Shown here piece after piece: positions 18,278 through 28,055 of a DNA stretch of 59,632 nucleotides. Position 1 is the stretch's first letter. Each line of letters opens with the position of its first letter. Origin of the DNA: a virus (lineage: Duplodnaviria; Caudoviricetes); IMG/VR virus record IMGVR_UViG_3300027819_000013, positions 1 to 59,632 of that record, one strand, 5' to 3'. The translations under genes and the position numbers were made by a program. The notes beneath the pieces were generated by a model. The model made no database searches, had not been told where the DNA came from, and worked only from the letters and a program-made list of their open reading frames with translations.

Positions 18278-19297
18278 ATGAAACGCAACCCCATCAGCTT
18301 CATCCTGCGGAGCGTCGCGGCCTACGTCCAAGCGGCACTCGCTGCGAATCTCACCGGGCGCGACGTGCATATCGACGTGCCATTGTCGAACATCGCGGTG
18401 CAGGCATTCTCGGCTGGAGAGTTCGTTGGACCGCAGTTGTTCCCGGTTGTCCCGGTTGGCAAACAGTCCGATAACTACTACACGATCACCAAGAACACCT
18501 GGTTGCGCCTGCCGCAGTCTACGCTGCGCGCGCCGAAGACCTCGCCACGGCGCGTTGAGTTCGACGTGTCGAGTGATCAATACTTCGCGCACAATTACGC
18601 GCTGGCCGGCGAGAACGCGTTCGAGGTGCTCGCGAACGCGGACAACGCGCTGTCGTTGCGGGCGCGCACCACGCGCAAGGTGGTCGGCGACCTGATGGGC
18701 GACATGGAGGTGCGCATCGCCAACAAGGTCACCTCCATCACTAACATCGGCAGCGGTGTCTCGCTCACCGGCCCGAACAAGTGGTCTGACTATGTCAGCT
18801 CCGACCCCATCAGCGACGTGAACACCGGGCACGCTTTCATCCGCAACAACACCGGGGTGATCGCGAACACGCTGCTGATCGATTACGACAGCTACCAGAT
18901 TGTGCGGCGCCACCCGGTGCTGCTCGACATGTTCAAGTACACTCAAGGCGGACTTTTGAACGATGCAGAACTCCGCGAGGTGTTCCGGGTGCAGAGGTTG
19001 CTGATACCAACGGGCATCCGCAATGCGGCGTTGGAGGGCGGCACGGCGTCGATCGTGAACATCTGGGGGAACAACGCGCTGCTGTGCTACGTGGCGCCGA
19101 CCGCTCCTGGGATGGACACCGTCACGTTCGGCCTCGGCTTTCAGTGGCGTTCGCCGGATCTGCCGGCGCCATTCGTCACGCGCGTCTACAACGACCCCGA
19201 TCCGGGCAAGAAGACCGAGATCACGGAGGTGGGGTACTACCAGGACGAGAAAATCGTTGCGGCGCAACTGGCCTACTTGGTCGGCGCGACGCTGTAA
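18278..19297 (+). CDS. Major capsid protein
   Basis: DVHIDVPLSNIAV, LFPVVPV, KWSDYVSSDPISDV and TFGLGF; AGGAG RBS; position in the head module. Confidence 0.85.
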   Translation: MKRNPISFILRSVAAYVQAALAANLTGRDVHIDVPLSNIAVQAFSAGEFVGPQLFPVVPVGKQSDNYYTITKNTWLRLPQSTLRAPKTSPRRVEFDVSSDQYFAHNYALAGENAFEVLANADNALSLRARTTRKVVGDLMGDMEVRIANKVTSITNIGSGVSLTGPNKWSDYVSSDPISDVNTGHAFIRNNTGVIANTLLIDYDSYQIVRRHPVLLDMFKYTQGGLLNDAELREVFRVQRLLIPTGIRNAALEGGTASIVNIWGNNALLCYVAPTAPGMDTVTFGLGFQWRSPDLPAPFVTRVYNDPDPGKKTEITEVGYYQDEKIVAAQLAYLVGATL

Positions 19298-19325
19298 TCG
19301 TTCATCAACCAACAGGAGCTACGAA

Positions 19326-19550
19326 ATGCTTCGTGAGATCACCAAGCAAGTCGGGCCGCGCCTACGGCCTGGCGATGCCCACGATTACCCGCTTGCGGTC
19401 TGGCAGAAGATCGCCGCTGATGCCAAGCGGCTTAACTTCAAGGAGTTCCCGTCCTTGGACGCTTTTTCCAAGGCGATTGCCCACAATCCGGCGTTGCAGT
19501 CCCCGCTCAAGGGGCGGCTGCGCCGGCCACAGCAACGGCTCGGCGCTTGA
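19326..19550 (+). CDS. Small hypothetical protein after the major capsid gene
   Basis: AGGAG RBS; basic C-terminus. Confidence 0.55.
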   Translation: MLREITKQVGPRLRPGDAHDYPLAVWQKIAADAKRLNFKEFPSLDAFSKAIAHNPALQSPLKGRLRRPQQRLGA

Positions 19551-19583
19551 CCGAGAGAGCATGATTTAACGAGGAGCACCACC

Positions 19584-20225
19584 ATGAAACTGAAGCACCT
19601 GGCTCTGGCGGTCGCGGCGGCGTTCGCGACCTTTGCGCAGGCTTCGCATGCGCGTACACCAACGGAGACGCTGTTTCGGCCGCTGATGCGCGGTCCGATC
19701 ATGACCAAAGCGGGGTCTGCCGCTAATCAGTGGGCGGGCCGCACGACGATCTCCTCCGGGTCGGCCTCTCAGGTGGTGTCTACTACGCAGGCGAACTCGG
19801 ATTCGCTGATCTCGCTGGTGGCGCAATGTACGATGCCGGCGGCGTACGTGGTGCATGGGCAGACGAGCTTTGCGAACTCCGCGGCGGCCTCTGCGACAGC
19901 GTCTACATCTGCCGTCTACAGCGGCTACGCGATCAACGTGTCACTGCTCACCGAGACCTCGGTCGTCTCAGCGGGCGCCGGGATCAATGCGCCGCTGCGC
20001 ATCAACTCCATCGTGGACGGGGTGAGCTTCGCCATCTCTACCTGCAACTCGAACCCGCTGGGCTTCGCCACTGCGGTGGCCAACTGGGAGATCCCTCGCG
20101 CGGACGTTTCGCGGTTGCGCGTGAACACAATCAACCCCGGCAACTATTTCGTCATCGGGTGGGCGGACAACGTCGCGCGGCCGATCGACGTGACGGCAAT
20201 GTGGGAAATTCGGCGTAGTAGCTGA
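19584..20225 (+). CDS. Ser/Thr/Ala-rich putative virion protein
   Basis: GAGGAG RBS; beta-rich composition; head-module position. Confidence 0.6.
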   Translation: MKLKHLALAVAAAFATFAQASHARTPTETLFRPLMRGPIMTKAGSAANQWAGRTTISSGSASQVVSTTQANSDSLISLVAQCTMPAAYVVHGQTSFANSAAASATASTSAVYSGYAINVSLLTETSVVSAGAGINAPLRINSIVDGVSFAISTCNSNPLGFATAVANWEIPRADVSRLRVNTINPGNYFVIGWADNVARPIDVTAMWEIRRSS

Positions 20226-20539
20226 TGAGTCGCGTTCTGTACTCGGTGGTGGTCTCCGGCGCCGCGATTGGCCCAGACGTGGATCTGCGCGAGGGGCAGT
20301 TGGGCGCGGTGCACGTGCCCGTGGTCACGAGCGCGGACCTATACGTGCGCGGAGCGTTTAACACCACCAGCGCGAACTTCGGTCGGCTCTTCAACGAGTA
20401 CGGCGCTGTGCGCTTCCCGACCGGCGCTGGGTCGTGCGTGGCGCTGTGGCCAATGGGCGAGCTGACGCCCCCCTACGTGCGATTCGAATTCTCCGTCGCG
20501 CAAACCGACAACCGTACGCTCACCGTTCTGAGGTACTAG
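20225..20539 (+). CDS. Putative small virion protein
   Basis: Coupled ORF; beta-sandwich-like pattern. Confidence 0.55.
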   Translation: MSRVLYSVVVSGAAIGPDVDLREGQLGAVHVPVVTSADLYVRGAFNTTSANFGRLFNEYGAVRFPTGAGSCVALWPMGELTPPYVRFEFSVAQTDNRTLTVLRY

Positions 20540-20544
20540 CCGCC

Positions 20545-22506
20545 ATGCGGCTGCACGCTCTCAGGCGCCGATCGCTAGGACGCGGGGCGTTGCGCGGGCG
20601 TCGCTTGGCGGCGGAGTTACGTGTACTGCCGATCTTCGCCTGCCGGTTGCAGGCGACGCTCGTCCCCGAGCGCGCCAACGGTTCGGGCACGCCCACCTTC
20701 ACCCGCGCCAGCACGGCGTATCAGACCGACTTCGAGGGCAAACTCAATCTCGCGTTGAGCGGGGAGGCAAGAGTAGGGCAGGGGGCGAGGCGGGTTGCGA
20801 ATTTTCTCACGACGCTTTCTGCGAAATCTGAGGATCTCACTGCAACTGGTGGATGGGGAGTTGCCAGCGCGACATCTACTATTGATGCGGCTGATTTCCC
20901 AACAGGGACAACTAAGTCCACTAGCGTTACCGCTTCTGCTCAATTTGGTGGAGTGACCATTGCTAACGCGTTAACTATAGGTAAGACATATCGTTTCAGG
21001 TACTGGGCGAAAAGCGCGGTAGGCGGCGAAGTTGTTTGGGTTGGTGATGGTATTGGTACAGGAGGAATTGATAACGTAGTAACGACTGTTTGGCAATTGT
21101 ACGCATCGCCAGTGATTGTTGCTGGTAATGCGACACTGAAAGTTGGAATCGGAACAGTTGGTGGCGGAACAGTGAAATTCTCTGGAATTCAGCCAGAGGA
21201 TATTACAGGCCAAGTCAACCAGAACCCCTCCGAATACGTCAGTGTCGGGATTCTCTCCGCGCCTTTCCACGGCGCGAACGTAGATGGCGTCAAGCTGTTC
21301 TCCACCCTGAACGGCAACACGGTCGCAAGCAATGTCGTGACCGAAGCCACCGGAGCGCACATCGACTCCAGCCAAGCCGCCGCAGCAGGCGGTGTAACTG
21401 CTGGCGTGGTCGATGCCTACGGGCCGCTAGGGTATCTGGCGGAGGGGGCGAGGACTAACGACATCCTACAATCGAACACCCTCGGCACGACGTGGACAAT
21501 CAGCAACGCAGCGGACATGAACGCCGTCGCTGCCAATGCTTACGTCTCCGTCGATGGCACGACCACGATGGACAAGTTGCAGCCCAAGGCTACGACTGCG
21601 GTTCACAGTCTTGATCAAGCCTTCACGTTCACGGCGGCGAAGTACACCACGGCGGTTGACCTACGTTATGTTTCTGCAACCCCGCAGCGGTGGGCTGCGC
21701 TGATCCTGAACGACGGCACAACGACATGGGGGGCCAGTTTCGACTTGTTGAATGGCGTGGTCGGCGCGGTATCTGCTGGTGCCACATCGGGCATCGAAGC
21801 GACAGCACAGGCGAACGTGTACCGAGTATGGGTAACGAACACGGCCAATGCTGCGGCTGCTGCAGGTACGGTGAAAATTAGTCTCAACGCTACGGATACT
21901 GCAACGTTGGAGAGCGCAGCACGGGCAGGAACGGAAACGCTTGGCGCCGGAATGGTGCAGCATGAGGTCGGGACATTCAAGAGTTCGCGGATCACTACTA
22001 CCACCGTCGCTGTCGCCCGCAACGCGAGCGTGGATCAGTACGTCAGCGCGGGGAACATTCCCGCTTCGAATAATGACTTCGTGGTCTACGGTGAGAGCGC
22101 GTTCAATCCTGTACCGACAGCAGCGAGTTACTTCCTGTGGGCGTCCTACGTCGATGCCGATAACTACACGGCGGTACTGTGGGATGGTACGAATCTCATC
22201 GCTCGCAAGCGCATCGCCGCCGCCAACCACGACGCTATCATCGCGTTCACACCGACAGCCGGGATCGCGTTTAAGTGGGCAGCACGGTTCACGTCCACAA
22301 TAGGTACGGACATATTTTTGAACGGCACGAAAGGTACGAACGACGCGACGAATACCGCTTGCCAGATAGGGGCGAATTTCCAATGGAGTGCAGATGGTAA
22401 TGGGGCGAATCAACCGTTTGGTACTTTGCGCAATACACGGATATTCGACCGTCCGCGCTTCACGCAGGTGCTAGTGGACATGACGACCGACGGACTCATG
22501 CGGTAA
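20545..22506 (+). CDS. Fibre/spike-like virion protein with probable carbohydrate-binding/LamG-like domains
   Basis: TFTRASTAY, GYLAEGARTN and ITTTTVAVARNA motifs typical of phage fibre proteins; Thr/Ala/Gly-rich. Confidence 0.65.
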   Translation: MRLHALRRRSLGRGALRGRRLAAELRVLPIFACRLQATLVPERANGSGTPTFTRASTAYQTDFEGKLNLALSGEARVGQGARRVANFLTTLSAKSEDLTATGGWGVASATSTIDAADFPTGTTKSTSVTASAQFGGVTIANALTIGKTYRFRYWAKSAVGGEVVWVGDGIGTGGIDNVVTTVWQLYASPVIVAGNATLKVGIGTVGGGTVKFSGIQPEDITGQVNQNPSEYVSVGILSAPFHGANVDGVKLFSTLNGNTVASNVVTEATGAHIDSSQAAAAGGVTAGVVDAYGPLGYLAEGARTNDILQSNTLGTTWTISNAADMNAVAANAYVSVDGTTTMDKLQPKATTAVHSLDQAFTFTAAKYTTAVDLRYVSATPQRWAALILNDGTTTWGASFDLLNGVVGAVSAGATSGIEATAQANVYRVWVTNTANAAAAAGTVKISLNATDTATLESAARAGTETLGAGMVQHEVGTFKSSRITTTTVAVARNASVDQYVSAGNIPASNNDFVVYGESAFNPVPTAASYFLWASYVDADNYTAVLWDGTNLIARKRIAAANHDAIIAFTPTAGIAFKWAARFTSTIGTDIFLNGTKGTNDATNTACQIGANFQWSADGNGANQPFGTLRNTRIFDRPRFTQVLVDMTTDGLMR

Positions 22507-22530
22507 TTTTTTCAATTAACGGAGACCTAC

Positions 22531-25500
22531 ATGAAGATAGGCAAGACGAAGTTCGACATTCTGCTCGCGGTGCCAGGCATGGCATTCAACGGCGAGACGT
22601 TCGAGCGGCTTTCGATCGGTGGCTCGGAGAGCGCTGGTTATTATATGGGCCGAGCGCTCGCCGCGCGGGGGCACCGGGTGACGGTGTTCTGCGGCACAAA
22701 AGAGCCGCAGCGCTCGAAGGACGTGGATTACCTCCCGATCGAGATGTTTCGCGCGTACGCGGAATACACCCCGCACGACGTGTGCATCGTGCAGCGCCTG
22801 CCGGAACTGCTCGGTGGACACGTGCGCTCGCGATTCACAGCGCTGTGGTGTCATGACCTGGCGCTTGGCCGTTCGGAACCGGCGGTGAAAGGGGTGGCTT
22901 GGAACTATGACAAATTGTTCGTGCTCTCGGAGTTCATGCGCGACCAGTATAAGCGCACGTACTCCGTGCCGAACGAGCTGTTGCACTTGACGCGCAATGG
23001 CGTCGATTTGGCTACCGTCGAGCGAGCGCGCGCCGCGTTGCCGGCTGACGCGGCGCGCAACCCACTGGCGATGGTCTACGCGGCGCGTCCCGAGCGGGGA
23101 CTCGATGTGCTGCTCGCTGAGATCATGCCGCGCATCCTCAAAGTCGAGCCGCAGGCGCGGCTCTTCCTCGCCACGTATGACAACCGCGTCGATCATCTCG
23201 CGGACTTCTACGCGCATTGCAAGACGCTCGCGGATCGCTTACCGCAGAATGTGCAATACCTCGGGCATCTGACGAAGGAGCAGTTGTATTCGACGCTGCT
23301 CTCTGCAGGAGTGTATGTATACCCGGTGCCGAGCAAGATTGTGCCAGATTTCGATGAAATATCATGCCTCGCGGTGATGGAGGCACAGGCATGCGGGTTG
23401 CCAGTCGTTACTTCCGCTCGCGGGGCGTTGCCGGAGACGCTGGCGCCAGAGGCGGGCGCCCTGATCGGTGGCAAGGTGCATACGGCAGAATATTACGACG
23501 CCTTCGCGGATGCGGTCTTGCGGTTGATGCGCGACCCCGCGGCGTGGCGCGCGGCGTCCGCCGCCGGGCTGGAGCGCGCGACGCAGTTGGACTGGGCGGG
23601 GGTGGCCGAGGACTGGGAGGCGCTATTCGAGCGTGAGATTCGGCTGCACAGTTATGATCTGGCGACGATGGCAAATCATTTCTGGCGCCGCTCGGATATT
23701 TATGCGGCGCGTGAATGCTTACGGCGCTTGCCAATAGGTGACGAGAAAAGCCGTCATGTGCGTGAGCGCATCTCGACGGACTGGGCGTTCCTGGATCAGC
23801 CGGATGGCTTTCGCGAGCAATACGAGCGGATCGGCGGTACACACGACGCGCGTGTCATAGACTGGTCGTTGCAGGAGCCGCGATATCGCGTGTTCGACCA
23901 GTGGCTGACGAAGCATGCGGAGTCGGTACGTACTGCGCTGGACTACGGCTGCGCCCATGGCGGTTACGCTGTGAATCTGCTTAAGGAACACCCCGAGCTG
24001 CGCGTCACGGGCGTGGACATCGATGCGCACGGCATCGAGATGGCTTACGCCTTCGCCGAGCAGCGCGGGGTAGCGGATCGTTGGCGCGGCGTGGTCGGGT
24101 CTCATGAACGGCTTTCTGATTCGATGTTGTCAGAGATGATCGAAGAGTATGACGTGGCGATCGCGCAGGAAGTGCTGGAGCATGTGCCGGACCCTGCGGC
24201 GGTACTGCGCGCGCTGGAGGCACGGGTGCGCGACGGAGGGTACGTATATGCAACAGTGCCATTTGGACCATGGGAGTACACCGATTACAGCCGCTACCCG
24301 CACCGTGCGCACGTCTGGGAGTTCGATCAACATGATCTGCACGAGTTGCTGGACTGTAAAGGGGCTACTGCGGAGGTAACGATCTCGGCGATGCCTTACG
24401 GGCATGAGCCAAACACGGACGAGTCGCTCGGGTGGTGGGTGATCGAGTATCGGGTGACGCCGGAGACGCGTGGGAGGCTCGGCGCGATCGACATGGAGCG
24501 CAAGCTCTGGCTCCAGCGCCCACGCCAGACGGTGTCTGCGAACATTATCGCTGGCCCAAATAGCGAGGAGACGCTGCACTGGTGTCTGCGCGCGCTGGAA
24601 CACGTGGCGGATGAGGTGCTGGTGGCGGACTGCGGGCTGTCGGCTGAAGCGCTGCGTGTGCTCGGTACGTACGACTCGCGTCTTCGAGTGGTGCCGGGCG
24701 TGGATCCAAAGACCGAAGGGTTCGAGGCACCGCGTAACCTCGTGCTGGGGCAGGCAACGCAAGATTTCGTGCTATGGGTGGACACCGACGAGAAGCTCCT
24801 GCAGCCCGAGCGGCTGCACAAATATCTGCGGCGCAATGTGTTTCAGGGCTACTCGATCCGGCAGCACCACTTCGCCGTGGATACGGCATTCGAGCCCGAT
24901 CTGCCGGTGCGGCTGTTCCGCAACAATGGCAAATTGCGTTTTTATGGTTGCATCCACGAGCACCCCGAGAGCGACATCAACGAAGGTCCGGGTCGCATCA
25001 TCGTGCTCAACGATGTGCATATCGCGCACAACGGGTACCTGATCGAGAGTGGGCGACAGCGGCGCTTTGAGCGCAACTACCCGCTGCTTCAGATGGACAT
25101 CCAGAAGTATCCCACGCGCAAACTTCAGAAACATTTCATCATGCGCGACAACATGCTAATGTGCAGTTACGAACTGAAACAGAACGGCGGCCGCATCACG
25201 GAATCAATCTTGCAGCGCTGCCGCGAAACCATCGATCTATATCGCGAGCATTTCTTGGGTAAGGGTCACTTCACGAACTCCGATCCGCTGCAATATTATT
25301 CGCAGGCGGTCGGACTGCTTGCCTCGACGACCGGGGAGGGAATCGATTTCGCGTTCCAAATGGCGGCGGATAAGATGGATGCCAGCGGCAAGTTGAACGG
25401 CGTCGTCAAGGCGCGCTTCGCCAACATCGAGGACGCGCAGGCGGAAATCATGCACCGCGTGCGCGACGTGGCCGAGCCATACAGCAGGGCGTACTACTAA
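22531..25500 (+). CDS. Tri-domain GT4 glycosyltransferase - SAM methyltransferase - GT2 glycosyltransferase
   Basis: GT-B: IGGSE, ERGLDVLL, EISCLAVMEAQACGLPVV. MTase: LDYGCAHG, EVLEHV. GT-A: VDTDE, IHEHP, HNGY. Confidence 0.9.
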   Translation: MKIGKTKFDILLAVPGMAFNGETFERLSIGGSESAGYYMGRALAARGHRVTVFCGTKEPQRSKDVDYLPIEMFRAYAEYTPHDVCIVQRLPELLGGHVRSRFTALWCHDLALGRSEPAVKGVAWNYDKLFVLSEFMRDQYKRTYSVPNELLHLTRNGVDLATVERARAALPADAARNPLAMVYAARPERGLDVLLAEIMPRILKVEPQARLFLATYDNRVDHLADFYAHCKTLADRLPQNVQYLGHLTKEQLYSTLLSAGVYVYPVPSKIVPDFDEISCLAVMEAQACGLPVVTSARGALPETLAPEAGALIGGKVHTAEYYDAFADAVLRLMRDPAAWRAASAAGLERATQLDWAGVAEDWEALFEREIRLHSYDLATMANHFWRRSDIYAARECLRRLPIGDEKSRHVRERISTDWAFLDQPDGFREQYERIGGTHDARVIDWSLQEPRYRVFDQWLTKHAESVRTALDYGCAHGGYAVNLLKEHPELRVTGVDIDAHGIEMAYAFAEQRGVADRWRGVVGSHERLSDSMLSEMIEEYDVAIAQEVLEHVPDPAAVLRALEARVRDGGYVYATVPFGPWEYTDYSRYPHRAHVWEFDQHDLHELLDCKGATAEVTISAMPYGHEPNTDESLGWWVIEYRVTPETRGRLGAIDMERKLWLQRPRQTVSANIIAGPNSEETLHWCLRALEHVADEVLVADCGLSAEALRVLGTYDSRLRVVPGVDPKTEGFEAPRNLVLGQATQDFVLWVDTDEKLLQPERLHKYLRRNVFQGYSIRQHHFAVDTAFEPDLPVRLFRNNGKLRFYGCIHEHPESDINEGPGRIIVLNDVHIAHNGYLIESGRQRRFERNYPLLQMDIQKYPTRKLQKHFIMRDNMLMCSYELKQNGGRITESILQRCRETIDLYREHFLGKGHFTNSDPLQYYSQAVGLLASTTGEGIDFAFQMAADKMDASGKLNGVVKARFANIEDAQAEIMHRVRDVAEPYSRAYY

Positions 25501-25501
25501 T

Positions 25502-26005
25502 ATGAGTGTCCAGTCGCTTTCTTACACATCGGTGACGCGAGTGAACTCCGCGTTTCCGATGATCACGTCGGTTTCCAACATCACTAGCGGCGTCGTCGCC
25601 CAATACGCGGATGACGCCGAGGCGGAAATCGACGCGCGGATCAGCGCCCGCTACGCGTTGCCATTGGGCGTGACGTGTCCGATCCTGGTGGCAATTGCGA
25701 CCCGCGAGACAATCTACAACATCGCCACGCAGCGCGGGCTGGTGCAGTTCCCGCCCGCGCAGCAGGGACGTGCGCCGCTCTATCAGCGCCACTTAGATGA
25801 CCAGAAGCTCCTGGAGGCGATCGCCGACGGCAGCGTGCAGCTCGTCACGAGCTCAGGCGCCGTGATCGCGGCGGATACCTCGCAAAAGCAAATCTACAGT
25901 ACGACGATGGACTACGTGCCAACCTTCAGCGAAGGCAGCCAGGTGGATCAGGTGCAGGATCAGGACAAACTCGATGATGATCTCACGAACCGAGGGCTAA
26001 CGTGA
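25502..26005 (+). CDS. Head-tail adaptor (Mu gp36/DUF1320-like)
   Basis: AEAEIDARISARYALPL and LLEAIADGSVQL. Confidence 0.8.
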   Translation: MSVQSLSYTSVTRVNSAFPMITSVSNITSGVVAQYADDAEAEIDARISARYALPLGVTCPILVAIATRETIYNIATQRGLVQFPPAQQGRAPLYQRHLDDQKLLEAIADGSVQLVTSSGAVIAADTSQKQIYSTTMDYVPTFSEGSQVDQVQDQDKLDDDLTNRGLT

Positions 26006-26538
26006 CGACAATCAATTTGGATACCGTGATCCGACGCGCGGATCTCGACCGGCTGCTGTCGGTTCTGGAGCCGAGCGCTGTGCTCGGCGTCATCAAGTTG
26101 CGACTGCTGGAGTTCGTTCATGAGAGCTTTGAGACTCGGGGGCGTGGAGGTTGGAAACCTTTGGCCATGTCGACTCTCGCTCTGCGGATGCGCGGAGGTG
26201 ATGTGCCGCTGCAGGACACCGGGCGATACAAGCAATCGTTCGTCAGCGAATCCGACAACCAGACCCACGTCGAGGTGGGGACTAGCCTGAAGGCGGCGAG
26301 CGGCGTGCCTCTCGGGCCGATTCACGAACACGGCACTGGGCCGTACACGATCCGTGTGAATCGAGCGCGCGTGCTCGCGGCGAAGACGCGCGCTGGAACG
26401 TGGATGATTTTCGGGCGCGAAGTGCGACATCCTGGAATCCCGGCACGCCCCGTGCTACCAACGGTACGCCAGGCCGAAGACGCTTTGAAACCAACACTGG
26501 AAGGTATGTTGGAGCGGACGAAAGATGGCGGCGATTGA
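26002..26538 (+). CDS. Virion morphogenesis/neck protein (Mu gpG-like)
   Basis: WKPLAMST, LQDTG, VGTSL, IHEHG and IPARPVL. Confidence 0.8.
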   Translation: MTTINLDTVIRRADLDRLLSVLEPSAVLGVIKLRLLEFVHESFETRGRGGWKPLAMSTLALRMRGGDVPLQDTGRYKQSFVSESDNQTHVEVGTSLKAASGVPLGPIHEHGTGPYTIRVNRARVLAAKTRAGTWMIFGREVRHPGIPARPVLPTVRQAEDALKPTLEGMLERTKDGGD

Positions 26539-26977
26539 CTACATTGGAATCTTGTCTTCGCTGAAAACGATCTTCGAGGCGGACTCGCGCACCTCTACGG
26601 CGCGCGTCTACGTCGAGGAAGATCCGCAGTTCGGGATGGCTGACGCTGGTCGAGCGATCGTGCTGACGCTGGTCAGCCGGGCGCCGTTCGCGGGTCAATC
26701 CATCGCCGCGGGCAAGCGTACACGTTATCTCGCGCGGATCGGGGTGTGGAGCATTGGGTTCGACGTGGAATCGTTCAACGCGGCATGCCAGAAGCGTGAT
26801 GCGTTGCTCGCGCAGGTGGAGCTTGTGCTTATGGACAATCGCACGATTAGTGGCAAGGTCACCGCTTCACAGCTCGAAGGCGGGGAGTTTATGAGTGTAC
26901 GTAATCCAGGGGAAAATGTTTTTTGCGCTGGAGCCGAGACGGCGGTCAGCGCGGAAGTGGCGGCAATCAACACCTAA
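26525..26977 (+). CDS. Putative tail terminator
   Basis: Size and position between the neck and tail tube genes. Confidence 0.55.
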   Translation: MAAIDYIGILSSLKTIFEADSRTSTARVYVEEDPQFGMADAGRAIVLTLVSRAPFAGQSIAAGKRTRYLARIGVWSIGFDVESFNAACQKRDALLAQVELVLMDNRTISGKVTASQLEGGEFMSVRNPGENVFCAGAETAVSAEVAAINT

Positions 26978-26993
26978 AGAAGGAGGCATCATC

Positions 26994-28028
26994 ATGAAAA
27001 GACTCGATCGAATTTACTGGATCACGTTGTTGCTTGCGCCGTTTGTGCAATGGGGGCTGCGGCTCCAGGCGCTCTACGCGCAAGGGCATCTCGGTTATAT
27101 CGGCATCGCGAAGGAGGCGGCGTTTGGCACCGCGGTGGCCGCAACTGATTACTTCGAGATCATGTCGACAAATCTCACGGAGTCCATCGATCGGTTCCCG
27201 ACGCGCAACGCATTTGGCGGATTCTACGAGCCGGACGATTACGCGGGTGCGCGGCGTGTTGCCGGCAACCTCGTAATGTTTGGACACCCAGTGTCGTTGG
27301 GGCTTTTGCTGAAGGCCGCGATGAATACAATCAGCGGTTCAGCGGTGCTGTCCGGGTTTCTGCATACATCACGATTCATCACGGTGAAGAGCGATTTCAG
27401 CAATCTGATTGCGGGACAGCCGCACACGCTCGAAGTTCATCACGATGTGACCAGCTCGCATCAATTCATAGGGGCTGTGTGCAATCGGTTACAACTCTCG
27501 CTCGCGCCGAACCAGGATCTGCGGGTCACGGCGGATTGGATTGCGCAGGCAGGCGGTCTGATCGCGAAGACCTCACCGACATTTCCGGGGTCGCCGACTG
27601 ATCCGTTTACGTTCGATTCTGCATCGCTCTCTATTGGTGGTTCAGCTACGGCGCGATGGGAGGCGTTCAACCTCACGGTGGACAACAATTTCGACGGCAT
27701 TTTGGCGTTGAACGCTAGCAATCAAATCATTCGTGTACGCCGTCGTGGTCCACAGACGGTACGAATCTCCGGTGTGTTGGACTTCATCGACGTGGCCGAA
27801 TACTTGGACTTCAAGAACCAGACCGAGCGTCAGATTCAGATGACGCTGACGCGAGCGAATAGTTTCCGACTGTTGATTGATGCGCCACGATTTGTCTACA
27901 CGACGTTCCCGACCGGCATCCCGGGACGCGATCGATTGACGGTCGGTGTGGACGGTATCGCGCGATATAACACCACATCCGCAGTGGCGATTGACATCGG
28001 ATTGACAACTACCAAGTCGAATTATTAA
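26994..28028 (+). CDS. Tail tube (major tail) protein
   Basis: YIGIAKEAAFGTAV, FNLTVDNN and ISGVLDF; AAGGAGG RBS; precedes chaperone and tape measure genes. Confidence 0.8.
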   Translation: MKRLDRIYWITLLLAPFVQWGLRLQALYAQGHLGYIGIAKEAAFGTAVAATDYFEIMSTNLTESIDRFPTRNAFGGFYEPDDYAGARRVAGNLVMFGHPVSLGLLLKAAMNTISGSAVLSGFLHTSRFITVKSDFSNLIAGQPHTLEVHHDVTSSHQFIGAVCNRLQLSLAPNQDLRVTADWIAQAGGLIAKTSPTFPGSPTDPFTFDSASLSIGGSATARWEAFNLTVDNNFDGILALNASNQIIRVRRRGPQTVRISGVLDFIDVAEYLDFKNQTERQIQMTLTRANSFRLLIDAPRFVYTTFPTGIPGRDRLTVGVDGIARYNTTSAVAIDIGLTTTKSNY

Positions 28029-28055
28029 TTCATCAACCACAAGGAGCGATCTGCC

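Noticed and set aside
18260-19312. Long antisense ORFs opposite the capsid, protease and other genes
   Set aside because: Shadow frames expected from GC-rich codon bias; no RBS or protein motifs.
14265-25500. Glycosyltransferases as a T4-like DNA hypermodification system
   Set aside because: No hydroxymethylase, TET/JBP or DNA polymerase was recognised, and the GTs lie in the late structural operon. Disfavoured but not excluded.
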